Origin: an uncultured Saprospirales bacterium
GTDB lineage: Bacteria; Bacteroidota; Bacteroidia; Chitinophagales; JADIYW01
Direction of reading: 5' to 3'
Length of the DNA stretch: 64,000 bases
Assembly (NCBI GenBank): GCA_938008535.1
Contig: CALLKF010000155.1
Location: 10,885 to 74,884, forward strand
Under the pieces are notes generated by a model. The model worked only from the letters and a program-made list of their open reading frames with translations, had not been told where the DNA came from and ran no database searches. The stretch's first letter is position 1. Each line of letters begins with the position of its first letter. The position numbers and the translations under genes are program-made. Positions 8,841 through 18,421 of the stretch are shown piece by piece.

Positions 8841-10703
8841 TTAAGACATTTCTTCTAACCACCAATGTAATATAATAATCGTCCACAATCGTCCATATAA
8901 ATAATCTTCTCCAGCTAGAAATCTGTCTTTTAAATCTTGCACATAAAGATTGGTTAAGATATTGTATTTATTAATGACAACACTATTTAAATATTTATCG
9001 AATAAGTAATTAAATCTACCTTTTAACCAATATGGCAATGGAATAGCAAAACCCCATTTTGGACGATCAAAATATTCCTTTGGCAAATAATCATACAAAA
9101 TTTCTTTTAAGATGTACTTTGAAATTCCTTTATGATACCTTAAATCTGGATCAATATTAATAGCATATTCTATCACACGATGATCTAAATATGGCACACG
9201 ACTTTCCAATGAATATTTCATGCTGGCTCTATCCACTTTAACTAATAAATCATCTTTTAAATAGTGATTAATATCCCAAAAAGATTGTTTGCCTTTTGGT
9301 GATAAATTTCTTTTTTCAGGATTTGCTTCTTCATTAATTCTATCAAAATTAAAATTTTCATCTAATAGTAAATGTTTCAAATCTTTTTCGGAATGAAAGT
9401 ATTGTTCCTGAGAAAAAATGTGGGTTCGTATATGTTGTTGTGACGGATAATCTAGCAATAAACCACCTCTTTTATAAGTTAATCCAGCATATCGAGTTGC
9501 CCAATAAACTGGTTTTCTGAATGTTTGCACTACAGGATTTGCTAACCGAGAAGCCCAATTATACATACCATAGCCAAGAAATAATTCGTCGGCACCATCA
9601 CCAGAAAGTGTAACGGTAACATGTTGTCGTGCAAGCTTTGAAACTATCATCGTTGGATAAGCTGATGCATCTGCAAATGGCTCATCGTAATGAAAGATAA
9701 TATCTGATAAAATTTCTTCTACTTCATCTTCGGTTAATTGAAACGCAAAGTGTTCGGTATTTAAATGCTTGGCTACATTTTTTGCATGTTCTGATTCATC
9801 ATATTTTTTACTATCGTAACCAATACTAAATGTTTTAATCTTATCTTTTTTTAAACCAGCAGCAATTGCAGTAACTAAACTAGAGTCGATTCCACCACTT
9901 AAAAAACTACCTACAGGCACATCGCTGATTAACTGTTTTTCTACAGAATTGATTAATAATTCTTTTAATTCTTTTTTTGTAGTTGTAAAATCATTTTTTG
10001 TAGTTGATTCAATGGCATTCTCCAATTTCCAATAAGAAGTTACTGGAAGCAGGAAATCATTTTTTACTTCTTTAACAGTGAAAATTGAATAACATGCAGT
10101 AGGAAATTTTTGTACGCATTTATATATCGTATTAGGTTCTGAGATGAAACCTAAGTGTAAAAATTCAGGAATTGCAACATAGTTAATTTCTTTTTTAAAA
10201 CCAGGAAGTGCTCTTAGCGTTTTTATTTCGGAAGCAAATGCTATTTGTTCGCCATCAAAATAATAGAATAAAGGTTTAATTCCGATTCTGTCTCTGCAAA
10301 CAATTACTTGTTGTTCTTGAATATCATAAATAATAAAAGCAAACATTCCATTTAGCAACTCAAATGATTTAGTGCCAATTTTAATGAATGCTTCCAAAAT
10401 TACTTCCGTATCACCAGTGGTGCGTGTTTGTAATTGAAGTTGTTCTTTAATTTCTTTGAAATTGTACAATTCGCCATTATACACCATTACATATCTGCCA
10501 CAATTGGAAAAAAATGGCTGATTAGATGCTGGTGATAAATCAATTATAGATAAGCGTTTGTGTCCAAGAAATAGCGTTTGATTTTCATTTTCATAAAATC
10601 CTTCTGCATCTGGACCACGATGATTCATGGCATTTGTTGCCTTAATAAAATCTGATTTACTAAGTTTGTTATTATTAGAAATATAACCTGAAATTCCACA
10701 CAT
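8841..10703 (-). CDS. Asparagine synthase family glutamine amidotransferase (AsnB/WbpS-like) inside the glycan operon
   Basis: N-terminal nucleophile MCGISGY; PP-loop SFLSGGIDSS; 620 aa; flanked on both sides by glycosyltransferases. Confidence 0.9.
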   Translation of the reverse strand: MCGISGYISNNNKLSKSDFIKATNAMNHRGPDAEGFYENENQTLFLGHKRLSIIDLSPASNQPFFSNCGRYVMVYNGELYNFKEIKEQLQLQTRTTGDTEVILEAFIKIGTKSFELLNGMFAFIIYDIQEQQVIVCRDRIGIKPLFYYFDGEQIAFASEIKTLRALPGFKKEINYVAIPEFLHLGFISEPNTIYKCVQKFPTACYSIFTVKEVKNDFLLPVTSYWKLENAIESTTKNDFTTTKKELKELLINSVEKQLISDVPVGSFLSGGIDSSLVTAIAAGLKKDKIKTFSIGYDSKKYDESEHAKNVAKHLNTEHFAFQLTEDEVEEILSDIIFHYDEPFADASAYPTMIVSKLARQHVTVTLSGDGADELFLGYGMYNWASRLANPVVQTFRKPVYWATRYAGLTYKRGGLLLDYPSQQHIRTHIFSQEQYFHSEKDLKHLLLDENFNFDRINEEANPEKRNLSPKGKQSFWDINHYLKDDLLVKVDRASMKYSLESRVPYLDHRVIEYAINIDPDLRYHKGISKYILKEILYDYLPKEYFDRPKWGFAIPLPYWLKGRFNYLFDKYLNSVVINKYNILTNLYVQDLKDRFLAGEDYLYGRLWTIIILHWWLEEMS

Positions 10704-10706
10704 AAA

Positions 10707-11618
10707 TTATCCGAATGATGCTAAAATATTTCTTTTAAATAAAGTCTTCATAATACCTAAGAATCTACGATCAAAAATTGCCAAAGGATTAAAACTTAAA
10801 GCTCTAAATAAATAGGTTAACGAGCTTTTATTGATTTTTGCAATAGCTAAATGCAAAGAAACATATAATAAACTGTTTGAAATAAATTTATTTTTTTGAT
10901 TTCCGTAAATTTTATTTACTACTTTATCAGCAAATGCATATTGTATCAACAAATCTTTTCTGGTAACTAATGGTTCTTGTTTGATATTGTAAATTACACT
11001 TCGTTCTTCGTGCGAATGAAGTGAACAGGTGATAATGTTAGGTGTATGAATTTTAAAGCGAGCAGCCAAACGCATCCAAAGTTCATAATCTTCAGAACCA
11101 GACAAATTTCTATCGCCATTAAATTGATAAGCAACGGCTACTTCTTTTTTTATGATAATACCACTGCAACCCATGTAGTTTCCATGTATCATTTTTTGGT
11201 TGATGTCGGAAGGCATCGCTGCAATTTGCAATACTTTTTTATCAGAATCAACCACATCAAAATCAAACCTTAAAACGTTAACATCTTTATTAGAGTTAAT
11301 ATATTTGACAGCTTCTTCTAGGTGATTTGGATATAAAAAATCATCTGAATCTAGTAGCGTCACATAATCACCTTTTGCCAGTAAAAATCCAGTATTTCTT
11401 GCTACAGCACGTTCTTCATTTATTTTTTTGTGATAAATTACTTTAGGATTATTCACTGATTTCACTACTTCTTCGGTGTTGTCAGTACTACCATCATCTA
11501 CTACAATAATTTCATAATTGCTATACGTTTGCAAAAAAGTAGATTCCAAAGTTTCTTTAATCATGTGAGCACGATTATACGCTGGAATTATAATACTAAA
11601 GAAAATTGATTGCTCCAT
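10707..11618 (-). CDS. Glycosyltransferase family 2
   Basis: FSIIIPAYNRA, VVDDGSTDNT and a DxD-type LLDSDDF. Confidence 0.85.
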   Translation of the reverse strand: MEQSIFFSIIIPAYNRAHMIKETLESTFLQTYSNYEIIVVDDGSTDNTEEVVKSVNNPKVIYHKKINEERAVARNTGFLLAKGDYVTLLDSDDFLYPNHLEEAVKYINSNKDVNVLRFDFDVVDSDKKVLQIAAMPSDINQKMIHGNYMGCSGIIIKKEVAVAYQFNGDRNLSGSEDYELWMRLAARFKIHTPNIITCSLHSHEERSVIYNIKQEPLVTRKDLLIQYAFADKVVNKIYGNQKNKFISNSLLYVSLHLAIAKINKSSLTYLFRALSFNPLAIFDRRFLGIMKTLFKRNILASFG

Positions 11619-11621
11619 TTA

Positions 11622-12755
11622 TTACAAAGAATAGATTTGTTCTAGTTTGTGAATGAACAAAGGTAATGAAAAATACTTTTCTATATCTTTTCTACCATTG
11701 ATGAATAATTGATAATCGAGTGCCTTGTCAGATAAAATTCGATTGATTGCACTATTTATTTGTTCTGAATTTTGATAATCTACCACCAAAGCATTTTTCC
11801 CATCTTCAATAAACTCACAAGCAACACCAGAAAGCGTAAATACACTAGGAACACCAACAGCGAGTGCTTCAATATAAGTTTGTCCAAATGCTTCGCTGTT
11901 TTTATCTATCGGAACGTGTACAAAAACATCAAACAATTTAAATAAAGCACCATTGTCATTTTCAAATTCTATTTCTGTAAAACTGCTTTCAGGTAGATGA
12001 TTAAGGTAATTCTTAACAATAGCTACATCAGATGCTTCACCTTTTGCGTTTGCCAAAATGAGTAGCGCATTTGGATAATCGATTAATAGTTTTGAAAATG
12101 CTTCAATTGCATATTTCAACCCTTTCCATTTTGTGTATCTGGAAACCAACCCAATAACTGGATGTTTGTTGTTTGGATTATATTTTTTTTCTACTATAGA
12201 TAGTCTTTGCTCAGAAACATTATAAAACAATGGCAAATCAAATCCGTGATGTATTAAGGTGATTTTTTCAGAAGGAACATGTTCCAAATTAACCAAAATC
12301 GCTTTCACATTTTCACTAATTGCTATAATATGTGTTGCTATTTTATTGCAATACTTGTCGTATTTTAAACCACTTGGTGCTGTAATATGATGAAATGAAG
12401 CATGATGCCTAGTAAAAATTCTATTTTTAATTCCTGCTAAATATGCTGCTGTTAATCCAATAATATTTGCCTCAAAAATATGGCAATGCACTGCATCTGG
12501 TTTTATTTTTCTTAATATTTTATATGATTGAAAAATAGCAGCAGGAATGCTTTTTTTTGATGAATAATCAACACGATGAAATTCGATATTTCTTTCTTTA
12601 CAAAAAATTTCAAAGAATGAATTTTCATTTACATAAATAGAAATAAAAGATAGTTCAAATTTTTCATGATTAATATGATCAACAATCCACTCAAATGCCA
12701 GTGCTTTATTGAGTTGGAATAAAATATAGGTAATCTTTATTTTTTTATCTGGCAT
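11622..12755 (-). CDS. Glycosyltransferase, GT4 type
   Basis: 377 aa; SEAFGQTYIEALAVGVPSV (E-x7-E region). Confidence 0.8.
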   Translation of the reverse strand: MPDKKIKITYILFQLNKALAFEWIVDHINHEKFELSFISIYVNENSFFEIFCKERNIEFHRVDYSSKKSIPAAIFQSYKILRKIKPDAVHCHIFEANIIGLTAAYLAGIKNRIFTRHHASFHHITAPSGLKYDKYCNKIATHIIAISENVKAILVNLEHVPSEKITLIHHGFDLPLFYNVSEQRLSIVEKKYNPNNKHPVIGLVSRYTKWKGLKYAIEAFSKLLIDYPNALLILANAKGEASDVAIVKNYLNHLPESSFTEIEFENDNGALFKLFDVFVHVPIDKNSEAFGQTYIEALAVGVPSVFTLSGVACEFIEDGKNALVVDYQNSEQINSAINRILSDKALDYQLFINGRKDIEKYFSLPLFIHKLEQIYSL

Positions 12756-13650
12756 TTTTAAGTGCTTTAAAATAGGTGATGGAAGACAATGTTCCTATCA
12801 ATCTAAATGTAATTTTGTCAATTGATTTAATGTTTGGCAATACTTTAAATAAAAGCTTTATTAGTGAAAAAAAAGGCATCAACAACGTGAAAATAAACTT
12901 TTTAATCGGATTTACTAAAACCGTTTTATTGTTTAACTGCATGTTCTTGAATTGTGATTCAAAGCCACGTTTGTCTCTGTCTAAAAATCCATCAATATCT
13001 AAACGATCTTTTTGGTTATGAAAACAAGTTGTTCTGGTATATAAAAAAATTCCTATTTTTTGTGCATTCAGTTTGTTTGATAAGTCAATATCTTCACCTT
13101 GAAATAAAATAGCGTCATCATATTTTCCAACTTGTTCAAATAAGATTTTATGGATAACAAATGAACCGCTTCCAATAGATGCGATTTGCATTAATGGTTC
13201 ATTTGTGTTTACTTTCTGCTGCAATCTTCCTTCTAATGTATGATAATTTGCGTTCAACAAATATCTACCTATTTTTTGCTCTTGCATTTGTAAAATCAAT
13301 GATTCAGGATATTGCCAATTGAGCAGTGCACAATTTGTTTTGAAAAAATCAGATTGAGTCAAACTATCAATTGCAGCAAGACTTTCGGCTGTGACCCACA
13401 TATCATCATCAATAAAAAAAAGAAGATCATATTTTGCTTTTGATGCGCCGTAATTGCGTGCAGAGCTTGCACCTTTTTTATGGTTTTTGTAAATAGAAAT
13501 AGTTGGCTGGTTGATTACAAACGGCAACTCTTCACCATCGTTTACAACTATTAATTCAAATAGAATGTTTGTTGAAAGAGATGCTATTTTCTCAATTGTT
13601 TCTTTCGCTATTTCAAAGCGATTATATGTTGGCATGATGATACTGATCAT
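12745..13650 (-). CDS. Glycosyltransferase family 2
   Basis: ISIIMPTYNR, VVNDGEE, FFIDDDMW. Overlaps the downstream GT4 gene by 11 nt. Confidence 0.8.
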   Translation of the reverse strand: MISIIMPTYNRFEIAKETIEKIASLSTNILFELIVVNDGEELPFVINQPTISIYKNHKKGASSARNYGASKAKYDLLFFIDDDMWVTAESLAAIDSLTQSDFFKTNCALLNWQYPESLILQMQEQKIGRYLLNANYHTLEGRLQQKVNTNEPLMQIASIGSGSFVIHKILFEQVGKYDDAILFQGEDIDLSNKLNAQKIGIFLYTRTTCFHNQKDRLDIDGFLDRDKRGFESQFKNMQLNNKTVLVNPIKKFIFTLLMPFFSLIKLLFKVLPNIKSIDKITFRLIGTLSSITYFKALKNAR

Positions 13651-13651
13651 G

Positions 13652-14629
13652 TCAGATTTTATTTAATCTTTTTTTGATAAATACTGGCAAAAATTTGATG
13701 CGTGTTTTTATTTTTTGCAGTTCTTGTTTGTCAGCATCAGCTAAATAATTAGCATTAATAAGTTTCAAAAACTGTTTCGCTTTTGAATAATCGTTCTGTG
13801 CATAAAAAATACTTGCTTGTAAAAACCAAAAATAATGAATTGATTTTTGCAAGCTTGTTTTATCTGTATTCTTTATTTTGATAAAATCCGAAATCATTTT
13901 TACAGAAAAATTATCTTCAAAAAAGCGTGCTTCTTCCAATTCATATATTTTTGCAATGGTAAAATATACATTGAGGTTTTCTTGCATAAATGCGTCTTGG
14001 AAATTATTGGTTTTTGAATCATCATGAATTCTAAAATTCACTAAAATATCATTCGTTTTTTTTATCGAATCTAAACCAAAAATTAATAAGTATCTAGTCC
14101 ACCATTCACGATCCATAACATAATGCAAATTCGCATTTAGAAAACCCATTTTATCAATTGCTTTCTTACTAAAAAATGTTTCTGGCTGATCGATGCGTGC
14201 AAAGCCAATGGTTTTTTCTACAGAATTGTAAATATCTGTTCCAGTAGATTGTTTGCAAATTTTATTGTTTTTCCAAATGTTACTTTTTCCGGCAACCACC
14301 AACGTTGTTTCATCTTCAAAATAATGCGCTACTTTTTTTAGCGAATCTTGTTCATAATAATCATCGCTGTTGAGCCAATTGATAATGTCGCCGCTTGCAT
14401 GCTTCAAACCTTTGTTAATCGCATCACTTTGTCCATTATCTTTTTCGCTTGTCCAAAAATGCAAATGTTTTTCATACTTCTTGATAATTTCCACAGAATT
14501 ATCTGTGCTTGCGCCATCTATAATAATATAGTCCAAATTCGGATAATTCTGACTCAAGACAGAATCAATGGTTTGTTCCAGAAATTGTCCTTGATTAAAA
14601 GACGGTGTTATGATGGAAATTTTTTGCAT
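13652..14629 (-). CDS. Glycosyltransferase family 2
   Basis: ISIITPSFNQGQFLEQTIDSVLSQNY, IIIDGASTDNS, WLNSDDYY. Confidence 0.85.
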   Translation of the reverse strand: MQKISIITPSFNQGQFLEQTIDSVLSQNYPNLDYIIIDGASTDNSVEIIKKYEKHLHFWTSEKDNGQSDAINKGLKHASGDIINWLNSDDYYEQDSLKKVAHYFEDETTLVVAGKSNIWKNNKICKQSTGTDIYNSVEKTIGFARIDQPETFFSKKAIDKMGFLNANLHYVMDREWWTRYLLIFGLDSIKKTNDILVNFRIHDDSKTNNFQDAFMQENLNVYFTIAKIYELEEARFFEDNFSVKMISDFIKIKNTDKTSLQKSIHYFWFLQASIFYAQNDYSKAKQFLKLINANYLADADKQELQKIKTRIKFLPVFIKKRLNKI

Positions 14630-14698
14630 TCGTAATTGTACTCAAAAATAAGAAATATCCAAGCATAAAAGCAATTGAGAAAATAAGGAAGTAATTTT

Positions 14699-14706
14699 TA
14701 TCTTTG
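14699..14706 (+). promoter_or_regulatory. Candidate Bacteroidota -7 promoter box (TAnnTTTG)
   Basis: TATCTTTG lies 16 nt upstream of ATG 14723. Confidence 0.3.
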
Positions 14707-14722
14707 TTACTAATAAAATATA

Positions 14723-15604
14723 ATGAGTTTAACGGTAAGCAATACACCAATTTGTTTGTTTTGTGACAATACACAAACACATTCCACGCCTTTTGAAGAC
14801 ACGATTTTCAATAATAAAACCTTTGAATACGTGCAGTGCAGCAAATGCGATTTGATTTTTGTGCATCCGTTGCCAAATATGGACGATATCACAAAAATGT
14901 ATCCTGTAGAATATCAAGGTGCGTTGGCTGGCAATGCGTATGGTGCGTATGATTTTTTGTTTGACAGAATTAAAACTTTAGGAACTTATAAAACTATATT
15001 AGATTACGGCTGTGGTGGTGGCAGATTTGTGGTAGAAGCTGTTGAAAAAGGATTTGAAGTAACAGGCACAGAATATAATCCTGATTTAGTGAAAAACTTA
15101 AGCTCTACTTTTCCGAAAGCTACGTTTTTAACGATTGATGATTTTTATAATAGCGATAAAAAGTACGATATTATTTTCTTGAGCAATGTGTTGGAACATT
15201 TAACCAATCCGAAAGAAATTATGCTGAAGCTGAAAGAGCGATTGAGTGAAAATGGCATTTTTGCATTAGAAGGTCCGATTGAAAATAATTTTAATTTGAC
15301 ACAGATTACACGTAAGATTATGTTTTTTATTCGCAAAAATATTTTTCATAAAAAAGCAGCACATGTACCAACGCATATTTTATATTCTAACAGAAAAAAT
15401 CAGGAAGCTTTATTTAAAAATATAGGATTGGAAACGCTTTATTTTAATATTGAAGAAAGCAATTGGCCTTTTCCATCAAACTATAAAGATTGTGATTCAA
15501 TGATGAAAAAAGTGATGTATTTTATTGCGACTTTTTCTGTAAAAATGAGCAAAGTGTTTTCATTTTGGGGAAATAATTTTACTTATATCGGTAAGAAAAA
15601 ATAA
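14723..15604 (+). CDS. Class I SAM-dependent methyltransferase with an N-terminal Cys4 zinc-ribbon-like motif
   Basis: ILDYGCGGGRF (motif I); CLFCDN...CSKCDL at the N-terminus. Confidence 0.8.
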   Translation: MSLTVSNTPICLFCDNTQTHSTPFEDTIFNNKTFEYVQCSKCDLIFVHPLPNMDDITKMYPVEYQGALAGNAYGAYDFLFDRIKTLGTYKTILDYGCGGGRFVVEAVEKGFEVTGTEYNPDLVKNLSSTFPKATFLTIDDFYNSDKKYDIIFLSNVLEHLTNPKEIMLKLKERLSENGIFALEGPIENNFNLTQITRKIMFFIRKNIFHKKAAHVPTHILYSNRKNQEALFKNIGLETLYFNIEESNWPFPSNYKDCDSMMKKVMYFIATFSVKMSKVFSFWGNNFTYIGKKK

Positions 15605-15637
15605 TACTACTAACACAAAGAATAAACAAATTTTAAA

Positions 15638-15795
15638 CCACTTAAGGCACTCAAGTTCCGAATTTTCGGAACAAAGAAAAGTTTAAGGTAATTGTCTAAG
15701 ATAGTTCCGAAACTTCGGAAGAAAACTAAGCTTTCTTGCCATCTTATTTTGTAATCTTCTATATCACTACTTAAGTTTCTTATGTGCCTTAAGTG
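15638..15795. repeat. Structured ~157-bp intergenic element: a 12-bp perfect terminal inverted repeat enclosing two GTTCCGAA/TTCGGAA hairpins
   Basis: CACTTAAGGCAC at 15639-15650 and GTGCCTTAAGTG at 15784-15795. Hairpins GTTCCGAATTTTCGGAAC (15655-15672) and GTTCCGAAACTTCGGAA (15704-15720). Confidence 0.5.
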
Positions 15796-15832
15796 ATAAA
15801 TTTTTCGTTAATTTTATTTCGGTTTTCTCAAG

Positions 15833-16570
15833 TTATTCTTTCTTCTTAAAATCACCGCGTGCAAATTGCTTTTCAATCCAGCAATACATTAAAATAAAAA
15901 AGTAACGGCTACCCATTTCTTTTATTTTTAATTTAGATTCACCGTATTTTCTGTTTGTCCAGGAATTTGGAACTACTGCATAATTGTAACCACGCACAAT
16001 TGCTTTCAATGGCAACTCTAACGTTAGATTAAAATGTGGTGACAAAAAAGGTTTTAAACCGTCAATAGTTTCTTTTTTGTATAATTTGAATGCATTGGTG
16101 CAGTCATTATATTTCAATCGAAAAACAGTTTTTACAATAAAATTTGCCAAACGATTTATTCTTCGTTTCAATGCTGGATAATCAATTACTTTTCCACCTT
16201 TTTCCCAGCGCGAACCGAAAACGCAGTCGTAGTTTCCTTCAATTGCTTTACGGTAAAATTTCACCAAATCGTTCGGATCATCCGATAAATCAGCCATCAT
16301 CACCGCAACATAATCACCGGTGAATCGTTCTAAACCATAACGCACAGCATAACCAAAACCATTTGGTCCGAGATTTGTATAATATACTAAAGTTGGAATT
16401 GTTTTTTTTAATTCTTCCAAAACCTGCAATGTATTGTCTTTGGAATTATCGTTCGTTACCACAATTTCGTGATCAATATTTTCTTTGGAAAGTGTTGAAT
16501 AAAGTGTAGTCAAAGTTTCAGGTAAACTTTCTTCTTCATTGTATGCTGGTATTACGACACTTAATTTCAT
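15833..16570 (-). CDS. GT2 polyprenol-phosphate glycosyltransferase (ArnC/GtrB/DPM1-like)
   Basis: LSVVIPAYNEEESL, VVTNDNSKDNT, MMADLSDDP. The ~245-aa length is typical of polyprenyl-P sugar synthases. Confidence 0.75.
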   Translation of the reverse strand: MKLSVVIPAYNEEESLPETLTTLYSTLSKENIDHEIVVTNDNSKDNTLQVLEELKKTIPTLVYYTNLGPNGFGYAVRYGLERFTGDYVAVMMADLSDDPNDLVKFYRKAIEGNYDCVFGSRWEKGGKVIDYPALKRRINRLANFIVKTVFRLKYNDCTNAFKLYKKETIDGLKPFLSPHFNLTLELPLKAIVRGYNYAVVPNSWTNRKYGESKLKIKEMGSRYFFILMYCWIEKQFARGDFKKKE

Positions 16571-16577
16571 TACTTTC

Positions 16578-17642
16578 TTATTTCAATATGCTTGCTAATT
16601 GTTGTTCGTTTTCTTTTATCCATTCGTAAATTTCAGAAAAAATTTGCTTTGGTGAAATTTGCGGTTTCCAGCCAGTTTTTGAAGTTACTTTAGAGTTGTC
16701 TGTAATGTAAATTCTAATATCTGCTGTTCGATTTTCTGGAACTTGTTTAATTGGAATCTTGTTTCCAGTAATTTCTTCGCAAAGTGTTGTCATTTCGTTC
16801 AGCGATAAACTGATTTCAGTGCCTCCACCAACATTGAAAATTTCACCGTTAATTTCATCTAAATGATGCATTTGCCAGTCAATTAAACGAAACAAATCGT
16901 CGGTGTGTAACATATCGCGCACTTGCTTGCCTGTGCCACCATAACCAATATAACTTAATGGCTGATTCCAAAAATGTTTTGCAATCCAAAGCACTACAAC
17001 ACCTTGATCAATTTTTCCCATTTGCCAAGGTCCTGTTAAAACACCGCAACGATTGATGACTGTCTTTAAACCAAAAAACTGTTTATATTCCTGAATAAAT
17101 AATTCTGAAGCCAATTTGGTAGTACCATATAATGAGCGATAATTATCTAATGGAAAATCTTCACTGATTCCGTTTTTGGAAAAGCCTTTTATCGTTTGTT
17201 GTTCTGCAATTTCAAAGCGCGTAGTTGATTCAGTAAAATTTATACTTTCAATAGTTTCTATTGGATAAATTCTAGACGTAGAAAGAAAAATAAAATCAGA
17301 TTTATTTTTGGTGGCGAAGTTTAAGCAATTGATGGTTCCTGATAAATTGGTATTGATTAAATAATCAGGTGTGCTGTCTATGCCAGCTAATACGGATGGT
17401 TCTGCGCTTGCTTCTAAAATTAAATCAATTTTTGGTAAGCCATCAAAGTCTTCTTTATTGCGAATATCGCCATGAACGAAATGAATATTTGCTGCTTTTA
17501 ATCTTGGTATATTTAATTCAGAACCACGTCTTTTTAAATTGTCCAATACATAAATTTCATACGTTGGATATTTTGCTTTTAATTGCAAAGCCATGGATGA
17601 GCCAACAAAGCCTGCGCCACCTGTAATAAGAATAGACTTCAT
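16578..17642 (-). CDS. NAD-dependent sugar-nucleotide epimerase/dehydratase (extended SDR; CDP-paratose 2-epimerase-like)
   Basis: ILITGGAGFVGSS Rossmann motif; YGTTKLASE (YxxxK); GTGKQVRDMLHTDD. Confidence 0.8.
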   Translation of the reverse strand: MKSILITGGAGFVGSSMALQLKAKYPTYEIYVLDNLKRRGSELNIPRLKAANIHFVHGDIRNKEDFDGLPKIDLILEASAEPSVLAGIDSTPDYLINTNLSGTINCLNFATKNKSDFIFLSTSRIYPIETIESINFTESTTRFEIAEQQTIKGFSKNGISEDFPLDNYRSLYGTTKLASELFIQEYKQFFGLKTVINRCGVLTGPWQMGKIDQGVVVLWIAKHFWNQPLSYIGYGGTGKQVRDMLHTDDLFRLIDWQMHHLDEINGEIFNVGGGTEISLSLNEMTTLCEEITGNKIPIKQVPENRTADIRIYITDNSKVTSKTGWKPQISPKQIFSEIYEWIKENEQQLASILK

Positions 17643-18404
17643 TTATTGTTGTTTGTTTTTGATAAATACTATATTTTCTCTACAGGTATGTACGGCAAAA
17701 TCGTAATTGATAATTGCTTTAAATAATGATTTACTGGTTCCATTGCGCATAAAATCATGTGTTTCTATAATGAGCATATTCACTTTAGAAAGCCACTCAT
17801 AATTTTCCTGAAACACTTCCAATTCTGAACCTTCAATATCTAACTTTAAAATGTCGATTTCTTCCAGATTATACATCTGCATTAAATCAGGAATGGAAAC
17901 ACCTTTTACGTTACTTTCTGTTTCGTTAGCAACTTCTTCCACCACAAAACCCCAATTTCCGTATTCGTATTTATCGGTAACTTTTAGCGGACAAGATTTA
18001 TTCCAAATACCAGCTTTTATGCAATTAATATTGCTGTATTTTTCTGTATTTTTTCGCAAAGCATCATAATTTGAGGATTCTGGTTCGATAGCAATAATGC
18101 TTGCTTCTGGAAATAAATTTTTAAAGTAAATGCTTGCCATACCAATATTTGCGCCACCATCGATAATGGTTTTTACTTTTGGTAAATAAGTATTGTAATT
18201 GAATGAATAGTAGTTGTGATAAAAAACCTGATAAAAGACATCAATATCTGTAGTGTTGTATCGAAGTGAAATTGGATGTTTTACAGCATCAAAAGAAACA
18301 TCTAATGTTCCGGATTTTTTAGAGGCAGAATTATATAATCGGTTGGCATTTGCCAAGCCAAATCGTTTTACCAATCGTGCAAAAAAAAGTGCTTTTTTTA
18401 TCAT
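17643..18404 (-). CDS. FkbM family methyltransferase
   Basis: IIDGGANIGMAS motif; 253 aa. Abuts the epimerase gene with no gap. Confidence 0.8.
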   Translation of the reverse strand: MIKKALFFARLVKRFGLANANRLYNSASKKSGTLDVSFDAVKHPISLRYNTTDIDVFYQVFYHNYYSFNYNTYLPKVKTIIDGGANIGMASIYFKNLFPEASIIAIEPESSNYDALRKNTEKYSNINCIKAGIWNKSCPLKVTDKYEYGNWGFVVEEVANETESNVKGVSIPDLMQMYNLEEIDILKLDIEGSELEVFQENYEWLSKVNMLIIETHDFMRNGTSKSLFKAIINYDFAVHTCRENIVFIKNKQQ

Positions 18405-18421
18405 TGAAATTTATCGTTCGT

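Noticed and set aside
8841-10703. Annotating the AsnB homologue as the housekeeping asparagine synthetase asnB.
   Set aside because: Its operon context between glycosyltransferases argues for a sugar amidotransferase role. Without the rest of the genome, the housekeeping assignment cannot be supported.
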